Shown piece after piece: positions 30,601-39,642 of a DNA stretch of 64,000 nt (within the stretch, counting starts at the first letter, position 1; each line of letters starts with the position of its first letter). The notes under the pieces are model-generated. The model was given only the letters and a program-made list of their open reading frames with translations. It searched no databases and had not been told where the DNA came from. This stretch comes from a virus (taxonomy: Duplodnaviria > Caudoviricetes). The stretch lies in the IMG/VR virus record IMGVR_UViG_3300037067_010363, positions 4,609 to 68,608 of that record; one strand, written 5' to 3'. Both the position numbers and the translations under genes were made by a program.

Positions 30601-33600
30601 ACATTCTATCTAAACTTATTGAATCATACAACATAGTGGCTTCTTGTTTAGAAGCATCTATTTGCATTAATTTCTGTAATTCAGTTAAAAATATTCTTGT
30701 TGCTGTTAATTCACTTATTTTCCCTTTTCTTTTTATTTGATTATTTTCAAATTTAAAATATTTATTAAACAGTTTAATTATTTCTGCAGTACTAGTATTT
30801 TCAAATTTACTTTTATTTTGTTTTATTATTTGTATAACAGATAATGAATTGAAAATTTGTGTTGTAAATTCCTGTTTCGATAAATTTGATATTGTAGATA
30901 AATCGTCTTGTATTTTTTCAAGCAATATATCTCCATTTATCTTTTGATTATTTAAAATGACATATGGTGAACTATTTGATATATCATTTCCTATTACACT
31001 ATATTGCATTATTATATTTACTATTCCTTTAATTTTTCTTGTACGAATATTGCCAAATTTTATTGCTGGATATTTCTCTTTCATTCTTGTTTTAAATTCT
31101 TCAACTCTTTCAGTTTCATAATTATTAAAGTCGAATATAGTATTGCCATCAATTATTTCTGTTTGTGCAACTTCAATGGGACCTAAATTAATAGGTCCAT
31201 TTTTATGCTTTGCTTGATCATAACCATTCTTTCTTAATTCAGCTAATTTTTTATTTAATTCTTTTAAATTTGGATGTAATTCAAAACCATTATCTATTGT
31301 GCCTTGTATATTATCATCATCCCAATTTTCAATTATTTTCTTCTTACCATTTTCAGAAGGATAATCTGTTTCAACATCTTTAAGAACAGATACATATCTT
31401 AATAATTCTTGATTTGTATCAAAATTCTCGTCAACATAATTATACAATTTTGCATTTTGTGGATCGTCTTCATAAATAGCACGTAATAAATCTTCTTTTG
31501 TTCCATTATAATATATTGCTAATGCAGAATCTCTTTTTTCTGCATCTATCAATTGAACATCGTTTAAATAATGAACTTCTAATTTATCACTAAATTTTGA
31601 TGATATTAGTCTATTTAATTCTCTTTTAAGTTTAAGAAATTCTTTTTCTGATATAGTTAATATTGTCTTATTACCTATATCTATGATTATTGTATAACTA
31701 CTACCCCATACTACATTTATATCTTTTAAATTTGATGCTATCCTATTTGCGACTGTATATACTTCTATTTCCGGTGATTCATCATGATATTCTATATTAT
31801 CTAAAAATTCATTTATTGGAACATCTTTTCCATTATTTAATCTAATAATAATATCTTTTTTGGTATTTATTGAAAATGCAATAATTTCCACTTCTTTACC
31901 TTCAAACAAATATGTATCATTTTTAATTAATCTATAATCTTTAGATTTATAGTTGTGTGTTAAATCATTTATATTTAAATCGCTTAAAGTATTATCTGTT
32001 AAAGATGGCAGATTTTCCTTTTTGGGTTTTAATGATTCTTTATATTTATCATAATCATCTTTTGTAGCTGTTCCATCTATATATATTTTAGGAATTGTTA
32101 TTTCATCTTTATTTTCTAAAATTATTGTACCGTCTTCAGATATTTCTGTTATTAAACCTACTTTCCCATTATTATATTTAACATATTGTCCTACGCTATA
32201 TTCTGATTTTCCGGATGTGGTTGTTTTTTCATATATTATCTTTTTTAGTAATATATTTTCATCTTCTAATACAGCTATACGACTTTTTTCTTTTTCTTCT
32301 TCGCTTCTTAATTTTTCCTTATCTATGTCATCTATCCACCATTTAGGCTTATCTACAAGATTATATTTATTCATTCCAGGTAATGTTAAACTACCAAATG
32401 ATTGTAATCTTCCAAAAGCAGTATAGAATAATGCTTTTATTGAAGCAGGGTATAATTCATATTTTTCAGGATTGTTTTTTAATTCTAAAAAATCTAATGC
32501 TAAAAATATGTTACTCTTTCTTAATCCTTGTATCGAAGGTATTTGATTGTTTATCTTTTCTTGTTGCAAAACAAATATTCTCCCTGGATAATCGCTTAAT
32601 TTTACTTTGTCCTTATATTGGGCATATTGTTTTTCATTTATAAATACTAATACACCATCTTTGCTATTAATAAATTCATTAATAACCTTTTCAATAGCTG
32701 TATTACTTGTATCACCTTCTACATATTTTACTCCTCTTTGTCCATCATGATACATATTTGGCATTACTTCTTTACCATAACCCATATATGATATTGTCCA
32801 TGTCTCAACCCATTGTTCTATTAATATATTTATAATAGGGTCGCTATTTGAAAATACTTTTGTTAATGGTATAGTTCGTAATCCTGTTCTTTCTCCATAT
32901 CTTATTGAATCATTTTGCGTAATATCGAACATCTGTGATGTGTCTCCTACTAATATCAATCGTCCTTTGTAGTCTTTTAACGCTTCTTTTATTTCCATTA
33001 ATTCATCTAATGACAATATTGATGATTCATCAAATATTATTATATCATTACTTGTTAATGATGATGGGTCATTTCTTATTGCATCTAAGAAAGCTTCTTT
33101 TGTTTTTAGAGTTTTTTCATCTTTAAACATATCAAAATATTTAGATAATGAATTCCCTGTATTATCTAATACTTCATTTGATAATCCGGCTAATAATATC
33201 TTCATCTTGCTATCAGTATTGTTTTTTTGTTTATATAGCTTATTATATATTAAAGCATTAACCAATATTTGAACTGACTTTCCGGTACCAAATTTTCCTC
33301 TTAAGTTTAAAGTATTTTTAATATGAATATTAATATTTTTTGTAGATTTATCTTTATTGTATTTATGATAAAATGTTTTTTCTGCTGCAGTTGCTTTCTT
33401 ATCGAAATTTTCTTTTTCTAATTCTAAAGCAATTTCTAATGGTGAACTATTAGTATTTAAAAAAGAAACTATTGTATTTTCACTTTCTTTTTGTTCTTCT
33501 GTAGATGGTGTTATGTTATTATCAAATACCTCACTTCTTATTATATTTATTTCATTAACACTAACCCCTTTTAATTGACACAAATAATTTATTACATATA

Positions 33601-36600
33601 CATATACATTTCCTTTAGCAATATTTTGTAACTTTTGATTTGATATATTATTATAACCTAATTCAAAGAGATTATATAAAAGATTAATCCCATTATTATC
33701 TTGGTCTTTTGCATATAAATAACCTTCTCCTATTTTTAATGAATTATTTTTATTAAAGTATGTCCTTTTTAAATATTCTTTAATAACATCATCGGATAAT
33801 ATTGTTGAATGTTCTATTAGATAATCTTGAATCTGATTTAAAATAATTTCATTGTTTAATATTTCTGTCTTTTGTGATTCCGGACAAGCTATATCTTCTT
33901 CAGGTATTTGCTTAGTTGGTTTTAATTGTTTCAATAATGCAACTAATTCAGGATGTTTATCTGAGCCGTCCGCTATATATTTTTTAAATAAATTTTGTAA
34001 TATTAATATTTTAGCATTTTGATGTATGTTTTTGACTTTAAAATTAAATTCTGTTGTTGTAATTCCTAATGATTTTAATTTATTTTCTAATAAGGCTAAA
34101 TTTTCTTTATTTCTATCTAATATTCCATCTATTTTATTTAACAGTTCATCAGATAATGCTACTTCTTTGCTAGATGTATGTTTCTCTAATATTTCGGTAT
34201 TTTTATTTAATGCTCTTTTTACATCAGTATATACAGAATATGATTCTAACTGTTCTTTATATTTATTTAATAAATCTTGTAATTCTTTTTTGTCTGGTAC
34301 TTCTTTAGTTATTGCTACATTAATATCATTTTCTAATTGACTGAATAATAATTCAAAATATTCTAATAATCTAGTTTCTTTTGATTTTTCATTTTGTTTT
34401 GCTTCTAATGCATTTAAATAAGTGCTTTGCACTTTTTCAATATCTTCTAAATTATTTTGTAAATCTATTTTCTTTTCATAATTTTCTGCATCAGTAGGAT
34501 CAACATATAATTCATCATTAATTTTATTTAATTTGTTTTTTATAATTCCTAACTGTTCTTTTATTTTATCACTAATCAAATCTATTTCATTAATATCTGA
34601 CATCTTTGTAATAGATAATAGTTTATCTTTTATCTCAGCAACATCATTTTCATTTGTATTTTCGTCAGGTATAGATGCTATAATTCCGTTTAATGCATTT
34701 TCTATATTATTAGAGTATTTGTTTCTTTTTTCTTTTTCATAATTGCTTATATTTTCTATTTGAATGGCTATTTCTTTTTCTAATAATTTTGTAAGAAAAT
34801 AATTATCTTTCATCGAAAGTGTCTGAAAATTTACAGCTATTTCTGCATAATAATCTTTTTTATTATCTTTAGTTTTAGTTTTACCTTCTTTTTTCCATCG
34901 TTCATCAACTACTGATTTAGCTAAATTATATGCTATATAATTACCTTTTATTCTATCATTAACATACTCGGGATTTTCTGTGCCTTCTTCTATAGATGTA
35001 AATTTCTTTATTATATCTTTAAGTCCGTCTTGATGAACTACTTTATCAGTACCTTCATATTTATAATCGAGACCATTAATTTCTTCTTCTAATTTATTTT
35101 TTTGTTCTAATAATTTTTTGTGTTTATCAGAATCTTTTTCTTCTCCCAATAAATTATTTATTTGTAGCAATTCTTTTTCTTTATCTTTAATAAGCTTCAT
35201 TGCTTTTAAATATTCAGAGCCAAAATCTACATTAGATGATACAATATTAAATAAAGCTGTATTTCCTTTACTTTCTTCATATATATCATACAAAGCATCT
35301 ATAGTTGTCTTTAAATCATAATACAGTTTATCGTTTAATGTTTCTACTCTGTTTGCATTTCTTCCCTTTTTTCCTGGAATATTAAAAGGAATATCAAAAG
35401 ATTTATCTTCATCTTTAACAATAGTTGAACCATCAGGATTTAATTTGCTTAATTCTTCATTACCTTCTTGGTATTTATTATATAAAAAAGTCATAAGGTA
35501 TTCTTTATTAGCTCCTTTATTTTCAATTATGAATTTCCTTATATCTTTTTCTAAATTATTGTTGCTATTTCTCCATATTGCACCACCAATCATACCTCCT
35601 AATCCTCCTAATACCCATGATGACATCATTCTATTTGAGAATTCTCCATATTTGTGATTATACAATCCTTTGCCATATTCAGCTTTTGGATCAGAATTAG
35701 ATTTTATAGCATTAAATATTGATTCTTCTACCCAATATCCGAATTCTTCTGTCGTTTCTTGAGTTGATTCTTTCGTAAATCCACTTGTTATCCCATAAAC
35801 ATAAGGATGTTTTTCAGCCATTACTTTTTGCCATTGAGTATCACCTTTGAGAGTTTTAACAAATCCTTTCATAAAACTTGTTGAATTTTCAAAGGTGCCT
35901 AAATTACCATCATAATTTTTTAATGATTTATTTAAGAGATTTTCAACAACTTCTTTTGCATCAGATGTTAATCCTTTTGTAAACAAATCAGCATCAATTA
36001 ATCTTTCTGAAATCGCAACCATAGGAAATGCAAACAATGTCATTAATGCAGATTCTCCATCAGTTAAGCCATTTTGTTTCGCTGATTGAAATGTCGGTCC
36101 CATCATTAACCATCCACCTATTCCTGATGCAGTCCATTTTAATGCATTCTCTGACATGCCTAACCCTTTAGTAAATAATTTGGCTGCTGTTTGAACTCCA
36201 GCAGTCATTTCACGCTGTACAATAAGTGATGCTAATACATTAGCAACACCAGCACCAAAAGCTATAGGATTATCATTCCATTCCGAATCTTCATATTGTT
36301 CAGATTTTTGAGGTCTTAATTTGTTTATAAATGCTAAATCTAAGTCTGCGTTTCTACTAAAACTACTATCAATACCTAATTTTTCTAATCCTACACCTAT
36401 CAATTTATTTACAGTAAAATACATTTGAGGTATTGCTGTTATTAAAGAATAATTAAATTCATCTAATATATCAGAAACACTTTGGTCGTATTTTGTATTA
36501 TTAACAAATGTTCCAGTTAATCCTTTAATTGAATATCTATCATCTAATTGTAGGGAAGTACCAGGTTCTACTATAACTTTACCAAATTCTTGTGTTTCTT

Positions 36601-37159
36601 TATCATATACCACATATACATCATTATTTAAAGTTAATGCTGTTTTTGGCATATTTTTGTCTTCTAACAGATATTTCGGATTCAAAGGGTCTCTCATATC
36701 TATCATAGGATTAAGCGAAGACAACTCGTCATCTGTTAACGAACTATGAAATTCCCCTGTTCTTGAATCAATAAAATCTCTATATTTAGGCATTTCAGTT
36801 ATAGAAGCTCTTTGTCTTCCATAAAATGAATAGCCGAATCCTTCTCCTAACTTTTCACTTCCTGTCGGAACAATATCTGTAATTGCATTTGGTTTAGTTA
36901 CAGATAAATAATCTTTTAATTGTAATGAAATTTCATATATTTCATTAAATTCTTTATCATCTTTAAATCTATCATATAATTCTTTATTTTCTTTGTAATT
37001 TTCAGGTTTATTAATAATAGGTTCATAGTCTTTACTCCATGATTCTACAATTTCCTTTGGTTGTAATCCTGATGTTGCTAATACTTTAAATATATCAATT
37101 TCCTTTTTAGGATTTTCTGTATTTTGATTTTGCTCTGTATTTTCTGTTCCATTACTCAT
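21653..37159 (-). CDS. Giant virion RNA polymerase-containing polyvalent protein (5168 aa)
   Basis: RIPTS (about 25175-25187) and DSDFDID (DFDID at 25058-25072) match the crAss vRNAP catalytic motif. Also SF1 helicase-like motifs (GKFGTGKS about 33275-33298, IIFDES, VGDTSQ, YTAFGR), two HExxH zincin motifs (30236-30250, 22064-22078) and N-terminal Gly-rich hydrophobic helices. Confidence 0.85.
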   Translation of the reverse strand: MSNGTENTEQNQNTENPKKEIDIFKVLATSGLQPKEIVESWSKDYEPIINKPENYKENKELYDRFKDDKEFNEIYEISLQLKDYLSVTKPNAITDIVPTGSEKLGEGFGYSFYGRQRASITEMPKYRDFIDSRTGEFHSSLTDDELSSLNPMIDMRDPLNPKYLLEDKNMPKTALTLNNDVYVVYDKETQEFGKVIVEPGTSLQLDDRYSIKGLTGTFVNNTKYDQSVSDILDEFNYSLITAIPQMYFTVNKLIGVGLEKLGIDSSFSRNADLDLAFINKLRPQKSEQYEDSEWNDNPIAFGAGVANVLASLIVQREMTAGVQTAAKLFTKGLGMSENALKWTASGIGGWLMMGPTFQSAKQNGLTDGESALMTLFAFPMVAISERLIDADLFTKGLTSDAKEVVENLLNKSLKNYDGNLGTFENSTSFMKGFVKTLKGDTQWQKVMAEKHPYVYGITSGFTKESTQETTEEFGYWVEESIFNAIKSNSDPKAEYGKGLYNHKYGEFSNRMMSSWVLGGLGGMIGGAIWRNSNNNLEKDIRKFIIENKGANKEYLMTFLYNKYQEGNEELSKLNPDGSTIVKDEDKSFDIPFNIPGKKGRNANRVETLNDKLYYDLKTTIDALYDIYEESKGNTALFNIVSSNVDFGSEYLKAMKLIKDKEKELLQINNLLGEEKDSDKHKKLLEQKNKLEEEINGLDYKYEGTDKVVHQDGLKDIIKKFTSIEEGTENPEYVNDRIKGNYIAYNLAKSVVDERWKKEGKTKTKDNKKDYYAEIAVNFQTLSMKDNYFLTKLLEKEIAIQIENISNYEKEKRNKYSNNIENALNGIIASIPDENTNENDVAEIKDKLLSITKMSDINEIDLISDKIKEQLGIIKNKLNKINDELYVDPTDAENYEKKIDLQNNLEDIEKVQSTYLNALEAKQNEKSKETRLLEYFELLFSQLENDINVAITKEVPDKKELQDLLNKYKEQLESYSVYTDVKRALNKNTEILEKHTSSKEVALSDELLNKIDGILDRNKENLALLENKLKSLGITTTEFNFKVKNIHQNAKILILQNLFKKYIADGSDKHPELVALLKQLKPTKQIPEEDIACPESQKTEILNNEIILNQIQDYLIEHSTILSDDVIKEYLKRTYFNKNNSLKIGEGYLYAKDQDNNGINLLYNLFELGYNNISNQKLQNIAKGNVYVYVINYLCQLKGVSVNEINIIRSEVFDNNITPSTEEQKESENTIVSFLNTNSSPLEIALELEKENFDKKATAAEKTFYHKYNKDKSTKNINIHIKNTLNLRGKFGTGKSVQILVNALIYNKLYKQKNNTDSKMKILLAGLSNEVLDNTGNSLSKYFDMFKDEKTLKTKEAFLDAIRNDPSSLTSNDIIIFDESSILSLDELMEIKEALKDYKGRLILVGDTSQMFDITQNDSIRYGERTGLRTIPLTKVFSNSDPIINILIEQWVETWTISYMGYGKEVMPNMYHDGQRGVKYVEGDTSNTAIEKVINEFINSKDGVLVFINEKQYAQYKDKVKLSDYPGRIFVLQQEKINNQIPSIQGLRKSNIFLALDFLELKNNPEKYELYPASIKALFYTAFGRLQSFGSLTLPGMNKYNLVDKPKWWIDDIDKEKLRSEEEKEKSRIAVLEDENILLKKIIYEKTTTSGKSEYSVGQYVKYNNGKVGLITEISEDGTIILENKDEITIPKIYIDGTATKDDYDKYKESLKPKKENLPSLTDNTLSDLNINDLTHNYKSKDYRLIKNDTYLFEGKEVEIIAFSINTKKDIIIRLNNGKDVPINEFLDNIEYHDESPEIEVYTVANRIASNLKDINVVWGSSYTIIIDIGNKTILTISEKEFLKLKRELNRLISSKFSDKLEVHYLNDVQLIDAEKRDSALAIYYNGTKEDLLRAIYEDDPQNAKLYNYVDENFDTNQELLRYVSVLKDVETDYPSENGKKKIIENWDDDNIQGTIDNGFELHPNLKELNKKLAELRKNGYDQAKHKNGPINLGPIEVAQTEIIDGNTIFDFNNYETERVEEFKTRMKEKYPAIKFGNIRTRKIKGIVNIIMQYSVIGNDISNSSPYVILNNQKINGDILLEKIQDDLSTISNLSKQEFTTQIFNSLSVIQIIKQNKSKFENTSTAEIIKLFNKYFKFENNQIKRKGKISELTATRIFLTELQKLMQIDASKQEATMLYDSISLDRMSKNKSGEISDLDIEKLTIGKKTDIHHPSYFYILQENKNGVRAATVAFNRRRMSLAQYGYAKQEALNIVKELLGEEWVDRVITRDKLTHDGIDLFGMVLNGKIYYELTKMGIDKPTVRHEIFHVIFKYYLTKEEQQTLLKEVNNITGITDITDAEEWMARKFGRTDKNVKTGIIRRFFDWLENIVSKWFYHSTKLTELYEMINSGSFVNKTPHFELSNTVAYNIKGDLDIEGSDAILDDEVSNDKRSKHENQKLKYSHLSKYFGNDVERVKTSLSRTCLSFSYLGRSMDQDVGSIEEVINKVKNHYSSFRLLGVKIVKEYNKQLSELTYTEAKSAKDSNVLQDYFAYHVSFDDVIDPILNEIFEVKHDDVALYDKSKFNADRQISNNLKMFMEGVPYYTYTVGFSNGKITSIKNNGWDNSSYCSPKEIKYILYAITDSLNLELNNSSRNSYEDKFAKVLYNYAISLQPNTPRFNAAMSLLERMYGLPDIVNGYSSLSLKNLKKNTNIPERKVAIENFMTHIICNFMNLHEASVVKIEMEYNHALHKKVANIIRLSKNDDEMFKNFLKDNIENNIFDINGDLRNHIISKIDKNNKYRKFNVKQDGVYYNVKGKEIKILEYKKDDNNRIKAFFTDEYFKYNETYAKEILALFGLKKSISLITFNDLLKDNKEIQFELLKKVPNYKSQNEKEDAKNFMAESISAMFLTLQYYYNETKVKVDLDNDLKNNNISIVEYKNKLSELEYVEDLIDSYYSKLGEKAIVDPMSKIILNENTEILDEVKTIHKPTDLYRFLTFLANREISNRPDDKLMFIYRVDNTKEYKYQLRDDLNKFEEYGSSIIEEEISRIDMSDIDNSKYFDANGKPLYDYLDKSSSTRLYRVNKFTGISSNKSVVSPNTHDAIITFNELFYTSLVKSASDKVETLSVLLDNISDKTKIYEAVFTIDGTGNERLFNVVLDKHKISKVIINYKVLSKHLDKIFDRYERNRVVSINRWKVFIKKLSENGILTSDELILLANPELFEKDNIKMFETTLYSFIQNIKSNKEKYNNFIYEAKKYLHGNEDFVMTKKFGEEYFLLGYATSMNSEVKAEINGKEYGLREYDKIFNTWTYNKWKSLDNLESKIKYIEQLFKNEYNRHISAYYNNNVIVSEDVAKLTGQESPFFNKDKSVNDYFKAQYWAYFLNAQNFNPIFWGDRQEYSSQLDENKRKHTFVTPKNKLVPDTENGVSSKMKYIVVDDEGINKEKYINDPVTGKKVRIADGQMVGNPIANRFIIKSFGGFENAPTGKQMYKTMANYTDYATGERHIIKHADDVITSDTYNDNYLYRLYMEDILLTWDKECFIDANNKFVNYNISLLDIFNSKMKELNDLDLVADYMFDYINNINDPRLKGIIKNNMIWGFQYKSGVKSYETGINQYDFTGVNRNMNLVTRTLNSKEIGLVLNPNQDVEETKNVQVMHQLLSFIGSNNKENSQIAERIFKAFSKIYEKEIEPIKEEMNKNFDEYVRNLSLNSINRSKYSGSLAEVLNNKELSIQIPQYRTAIVQLLRNYLTSRSLRQKMYGTRLNQASGYGFKLFENDNETLTIKDIENRLGRRFTNKELVDIVNSGVYQDYKVRDLESMQSGDNTMKQAEVFVSFSYFKNFELEKGETLTDALTIHYKDKSGKYGTLLIKDSKFTPEMEEFLKDKTLLDERSNIFLRKIYYKENNKKYVKANNEANQLVLDDFNKSISDPIYEDRTNLKRFISKREFDDFDILRAKIEYANAKGYIYNEEEDAFYIPENLADKINISYNPIEYMKQYYKALDKALDMFLVRIPTSRLGYGAKARIKGFVQDNGNNIYIPLGLTVLNDSDFDIDQLSAYFKYISNNLTYNEVRDENGTLKDIDEINTYEELQDYILESIYDIYNNKENHKAILIDSNIDDLRSIVDMPLHEIKETDEYKALSKEEQNEFDKQKNNYKYLRSGTFATFVENYHASSTASDTISIFAKSLSTISYMLQITDINEFKKILPGFAFIENMLLETGNNGIPLRIGDYLQIALDNAKEMLLGEYGINETNASLVTILILHGWSNIKIKTYLNSPAIKQVFSKSQKGENIDNKKKDYQIKDIIEDTLASLMSLDQSSIDKALTKKNQLIDELDTLYSVIDVTQKEISEYRKSKEKNKKEVKEKKYFDEEERQRYIEQANQLEISLEDKIDNIIEKSIEIDDNSLLDKIIAIQDEINKMNEIINSQESINSLNTLSQYLDEGAFIKRFGDIISLRNGIKVNDYEFERDIFNYELSIGSLLENYDAFNWSLEKHIEFFKEHSTEYLRADNLERRRASNSNGPRDTKLTNKIIKREIDIAKLGNIKALVQKFPHIENGLKLCAFEKQSNTEHWDINNKVFKQIEQVYLNSMELRTWDFQSRRIKFYNNIMEIFKDVYFKSLKNKNVDLSFLEFNEILGEPVKNIVGLSNIDLSDSKGRKLYSKCLPEFMKEFLNDIQDMSYSEMIKKYKQIDLTSNDLSLLKNSSFIKKLEIIGQDTSERLILRNSAAINEQDMQLYQDEFAKFTPWLKTLFQHYEIIQHNLKFKNGSIMHVMGIDWLTEFSDSIKATRMNLKDKNFVTTISEKLLRAIQFSDQGSVIHGQNESILSEPGESLHEVKRIKIKDTGARYNYMREYFTFLEGFGYDKDNAFWLLNKEIDTDINSQSNITDIELTRIFSGFELAKIKTMLPGQIISHTFHNGYTYMNEQEVITETGDILKVIWKTTSVCEFKKVGKNNESLQILEKIENLKKNSQFSLDELKTFEGIKLNRDAVRLLINHISNKIKDVTIVETNDEEVKRLYGDDVKARAFVLKGVVYINTDRVLSTDFIHELTHMWEKALKEVNPRKYSQLRNDAIELINNNNPIVLSIKEKYKQNRISLNLESLISEVIATIAGFQSEENVRDFLMNNNRYEFKDKKIVSELWSLFKMYENSLNDSLRYLFGDTVENELLYTKENIENDLKSKGLQIIC

Positions 37160-37182
37160 ATCTAGTATGTTTTAACAATATT

Positions 37183-39606
37183 TTAATTACTTCCTGTAGA
37201 TTCAATAAGTGATTGATTATCTTCTATATTTTTATCATTAGTTCCATTCCATGAACTATACATTCTATCAGCAAATTTACCTAATTCAGAAGATAAATTA
37301 GAAGGTCCTGCTTCTGTATTAAAATTCTCTAATTCATTAATAGGTATATATCCTTCAAAAAAATACGTCTTATCAATATCAAATAAATCACTGCCTATTT
37401 GCGTTTTATCATCTATTAATGTAGTTTCAGTTATATCTGATGCATCAACATCACTTAAAATATCTCCTGGTCCTGCAAATCCTAGTTTTAAATATGCCTC
37501 ACTTTTCCTGAACGACTCTTTATCCGATAAAGAAGGTAAATCATCAGTGGTGAATTTTGTAGAAATATACTTTGGCTCATTTTGATATTTTGCTCCAACA
37601 GCATATGTGGCATTTTTCCATTGAGTATATTGTTTAGGAGATAACACATCAATTACTTTGTCGTTTTCTATAACTTCATAACATGATATATTACCATCTT
37701 CATCAAAATAATCATTATCTGTTATTTGATGTCTTGCTATTTGCTGTTTATATGAATCATAATTCTTATCAGTTTCACCTATTTTAGTTTCTTTAACTAT
37801 GCTCTGACTTAGATTTATCAAATTATTATCTGTGTTATTTATATCATAAGAGTATATATCTTGTCTTTGAAGAAAATTTTCTATATAAGGCTCATCAATT
37901 GCATAAATTACTTTCATAACAGGCGAAAGTTTTACCTCGCCATTAGCATCTTTTTCTAATTGTTTGTTTTGATCATATTTAGGCATTAATAATATTTTAT
38001 TTTTTACTGAATATAATCTTATTTTGTCATTTATGTCGCTTATATCAACATATGTTCCTGAAGGTGTGTATATGTAATTAGAACCAAAATCTCTTAATTT
38101 ATTATCCTGAGTTACACCATCTTTTTCTATTTTATAACCCCAAACATTATTTAATTTTTCAACTTGTTCTATAGGTACATCTAACTCTGCTGTTGTGACT
38201 ACATTTTTCTTTATGAAATTTCCGTTTGCATCATATACATTTATACTTTGATTACTAGTATTACCTAATTTTTTTATTACTTTAGGATTATTATATAAAA
38301 GTAGATTAGTAGTTGGAGATTTTAATAAATCATTTCCTTCTCCAATAACAAAATCTTTTCTTTTTGATATAATATCAATTATCTCATCTGAATTAGTCTC
38401 TTTAAATTCAGTTTCCATATTTCTTATGTATTCATAAGCTACATCTTTCATTAAATCTTTAAAATCTAAAGCATCTTTATTCTTTGATTTATCAAATTTA
38501 TTGTCTTGTATTTTTTCAATTATTTTCCAATTAGTTAATATATTTTCTAACTTATATCCTTTTTTATTTGCGAATGCTGGTATCGATTTATCAACAGTAG
38601 TTTTATCATTTTTATATTCATTGTATTCCTTTCCAATTTCTTCCGATACAAATCTTGATATATAATCAGCACCATTCCCACCCATAACAGCTGATAATGT
38701 ATATTGAGCTAGATCTTTTAATTCACCGCCTGTAATGTTTTTAAACAATGATTCTTTTACCGCCTCAACTTGGTTTTCATTACTACCAAACGCATCTTTC
38801 ATGGTTGCATATATTAACAAATCGTTTGTTATATTATTTGATATTGAACCATCTTGGTTTACTACAAAATCTTTAAAATACGTTTTGCCATTTTGGTCAA
38901 CATCAAAATATGATTTATATTCATTATTATGCGAAGCAGCTTCTTTTAATTTGTTTTGTACAAATGTATTAAAGGCTCCGTCTGTATTATAATTCTCAGG
39001 AGATGTAGATTCTTGGTATTTAATATTATATAACCCTGTATTTACATCTTCCATTATAATAGGTCTTACATTTCCATATTCTGATTGTTGCTCATAATTT
39101 GTTTTAACGCCAGAACCAGGTGTCATATCAGGAACTATTAAAGTGCCATACGATGTCGTTGCAAAATTTTGGCCTGTTCCATATTCTCCTATCTTAGCTT
39201 TTTGGTCATAATGAGCGTTTTGTCTTGACAATAAATCATTTTTTGCTGATTTTAAAGTTATTAAGTTTTTTTTTGCTACCTGCAATTGCATTAAAATAGA
39301 TTTATTCCCTTTCTCTGATTCTTTTTCTATATAATCATCAACACTTCCATAAGCTTCATTTATAAATTTATTAGACAAACTACCTATTTTGTTTTGTTCA
39401 TATTCAATTAATTGATTTATATCATTAGCTTCCTGCGTTAATCCTTCGAGTAATTGATCTTCTTTTTTTGGTGTTAGGGGTTTTCTAGTTTTACTAGAAT
39501 TCATAAATGCAGTTATAGGAATATCTCCAAAACTAAATTTTTGTCTTGGTTCCGGCTGAACAATTATGTTAAGTGGTTGTCCACCTCTATTTAATCCAAA
39601 AGCCAT
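37183..39606 (-). CDS. Putative ejection/cargo protein (807 aa)
   Basis: Lies between muzzle and vRNAP as in crAss-like genomes. Confidence 0.55.
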   Translation of the reverse strand: MAFGLNRGGQPLNIIVQPEPRQKFSFGDIPITAFMNSSKTRKPLTPKKEDQLLEGLTQEANDINQLIEYEQNKIGSLSNKFINEAYGSVDDYIEKESEKGNKSILMQLQVAKKNLITLKSAKNDLLSRQNAHYDQKAKIGEYGTGQNFATTSYGTLIVPDMTPGSGVKTNYEQQSEYGNVRPIIMEDVNTGLYNIKYQESTSPENYNTDGAFNTFVQNKLKEAASHNNEYKSYFDVDQNGKTYFKDFVVNQDGSISNNITNDLLIYATMKDAFGSNENQVEAVKESLFKNITGGELKDLAQYTLSAVMGGNGADYISRFVSEEIGKEYNEYKNDKTTVDKSIPAFANKKGYKLENILTNWKIIEKIQDNKFDKSKNKDALDFKDLMKDVAYEYIRNMETEFKETNSDEIIDIISKRKDFVIGEGNDLLKSPTTNLLLYNNPKVIKKLGNTSNQSINVYDANGNFIKKNVVTTAELDVPIEQVEKLNNVWGYKIEKDGVTQDNKLRDFGSNYIYTPSGTYVDISDINDKIRLYSVKNKILLMPKYDQNKQLEKDANGEVKLSPVMKVIYAIDEPYIENFLQRQDIYSYDINNTDNNLINLSQSIVKETKIGETDKNYDSYKQQIARHQITDNDYFDEDGNISCYEVIENDKVIDVLSPKQYTQWKNATYAVGAKYQNEPKYISTKFTTDDLPSLSDKESFRKSEAYLKLGFAGPGDILSDVDASDITETTLIDDKTQIGSDLFDIDKTYFFEGYIPINELENFNTEAGPSNLSSELGKFADRMYSSWNGTNDKNIEDNQSLIESTGSN

Positions 39607-39642
39607 TATGTTTAACTATTTATTTATGTAATTATCTTTATT

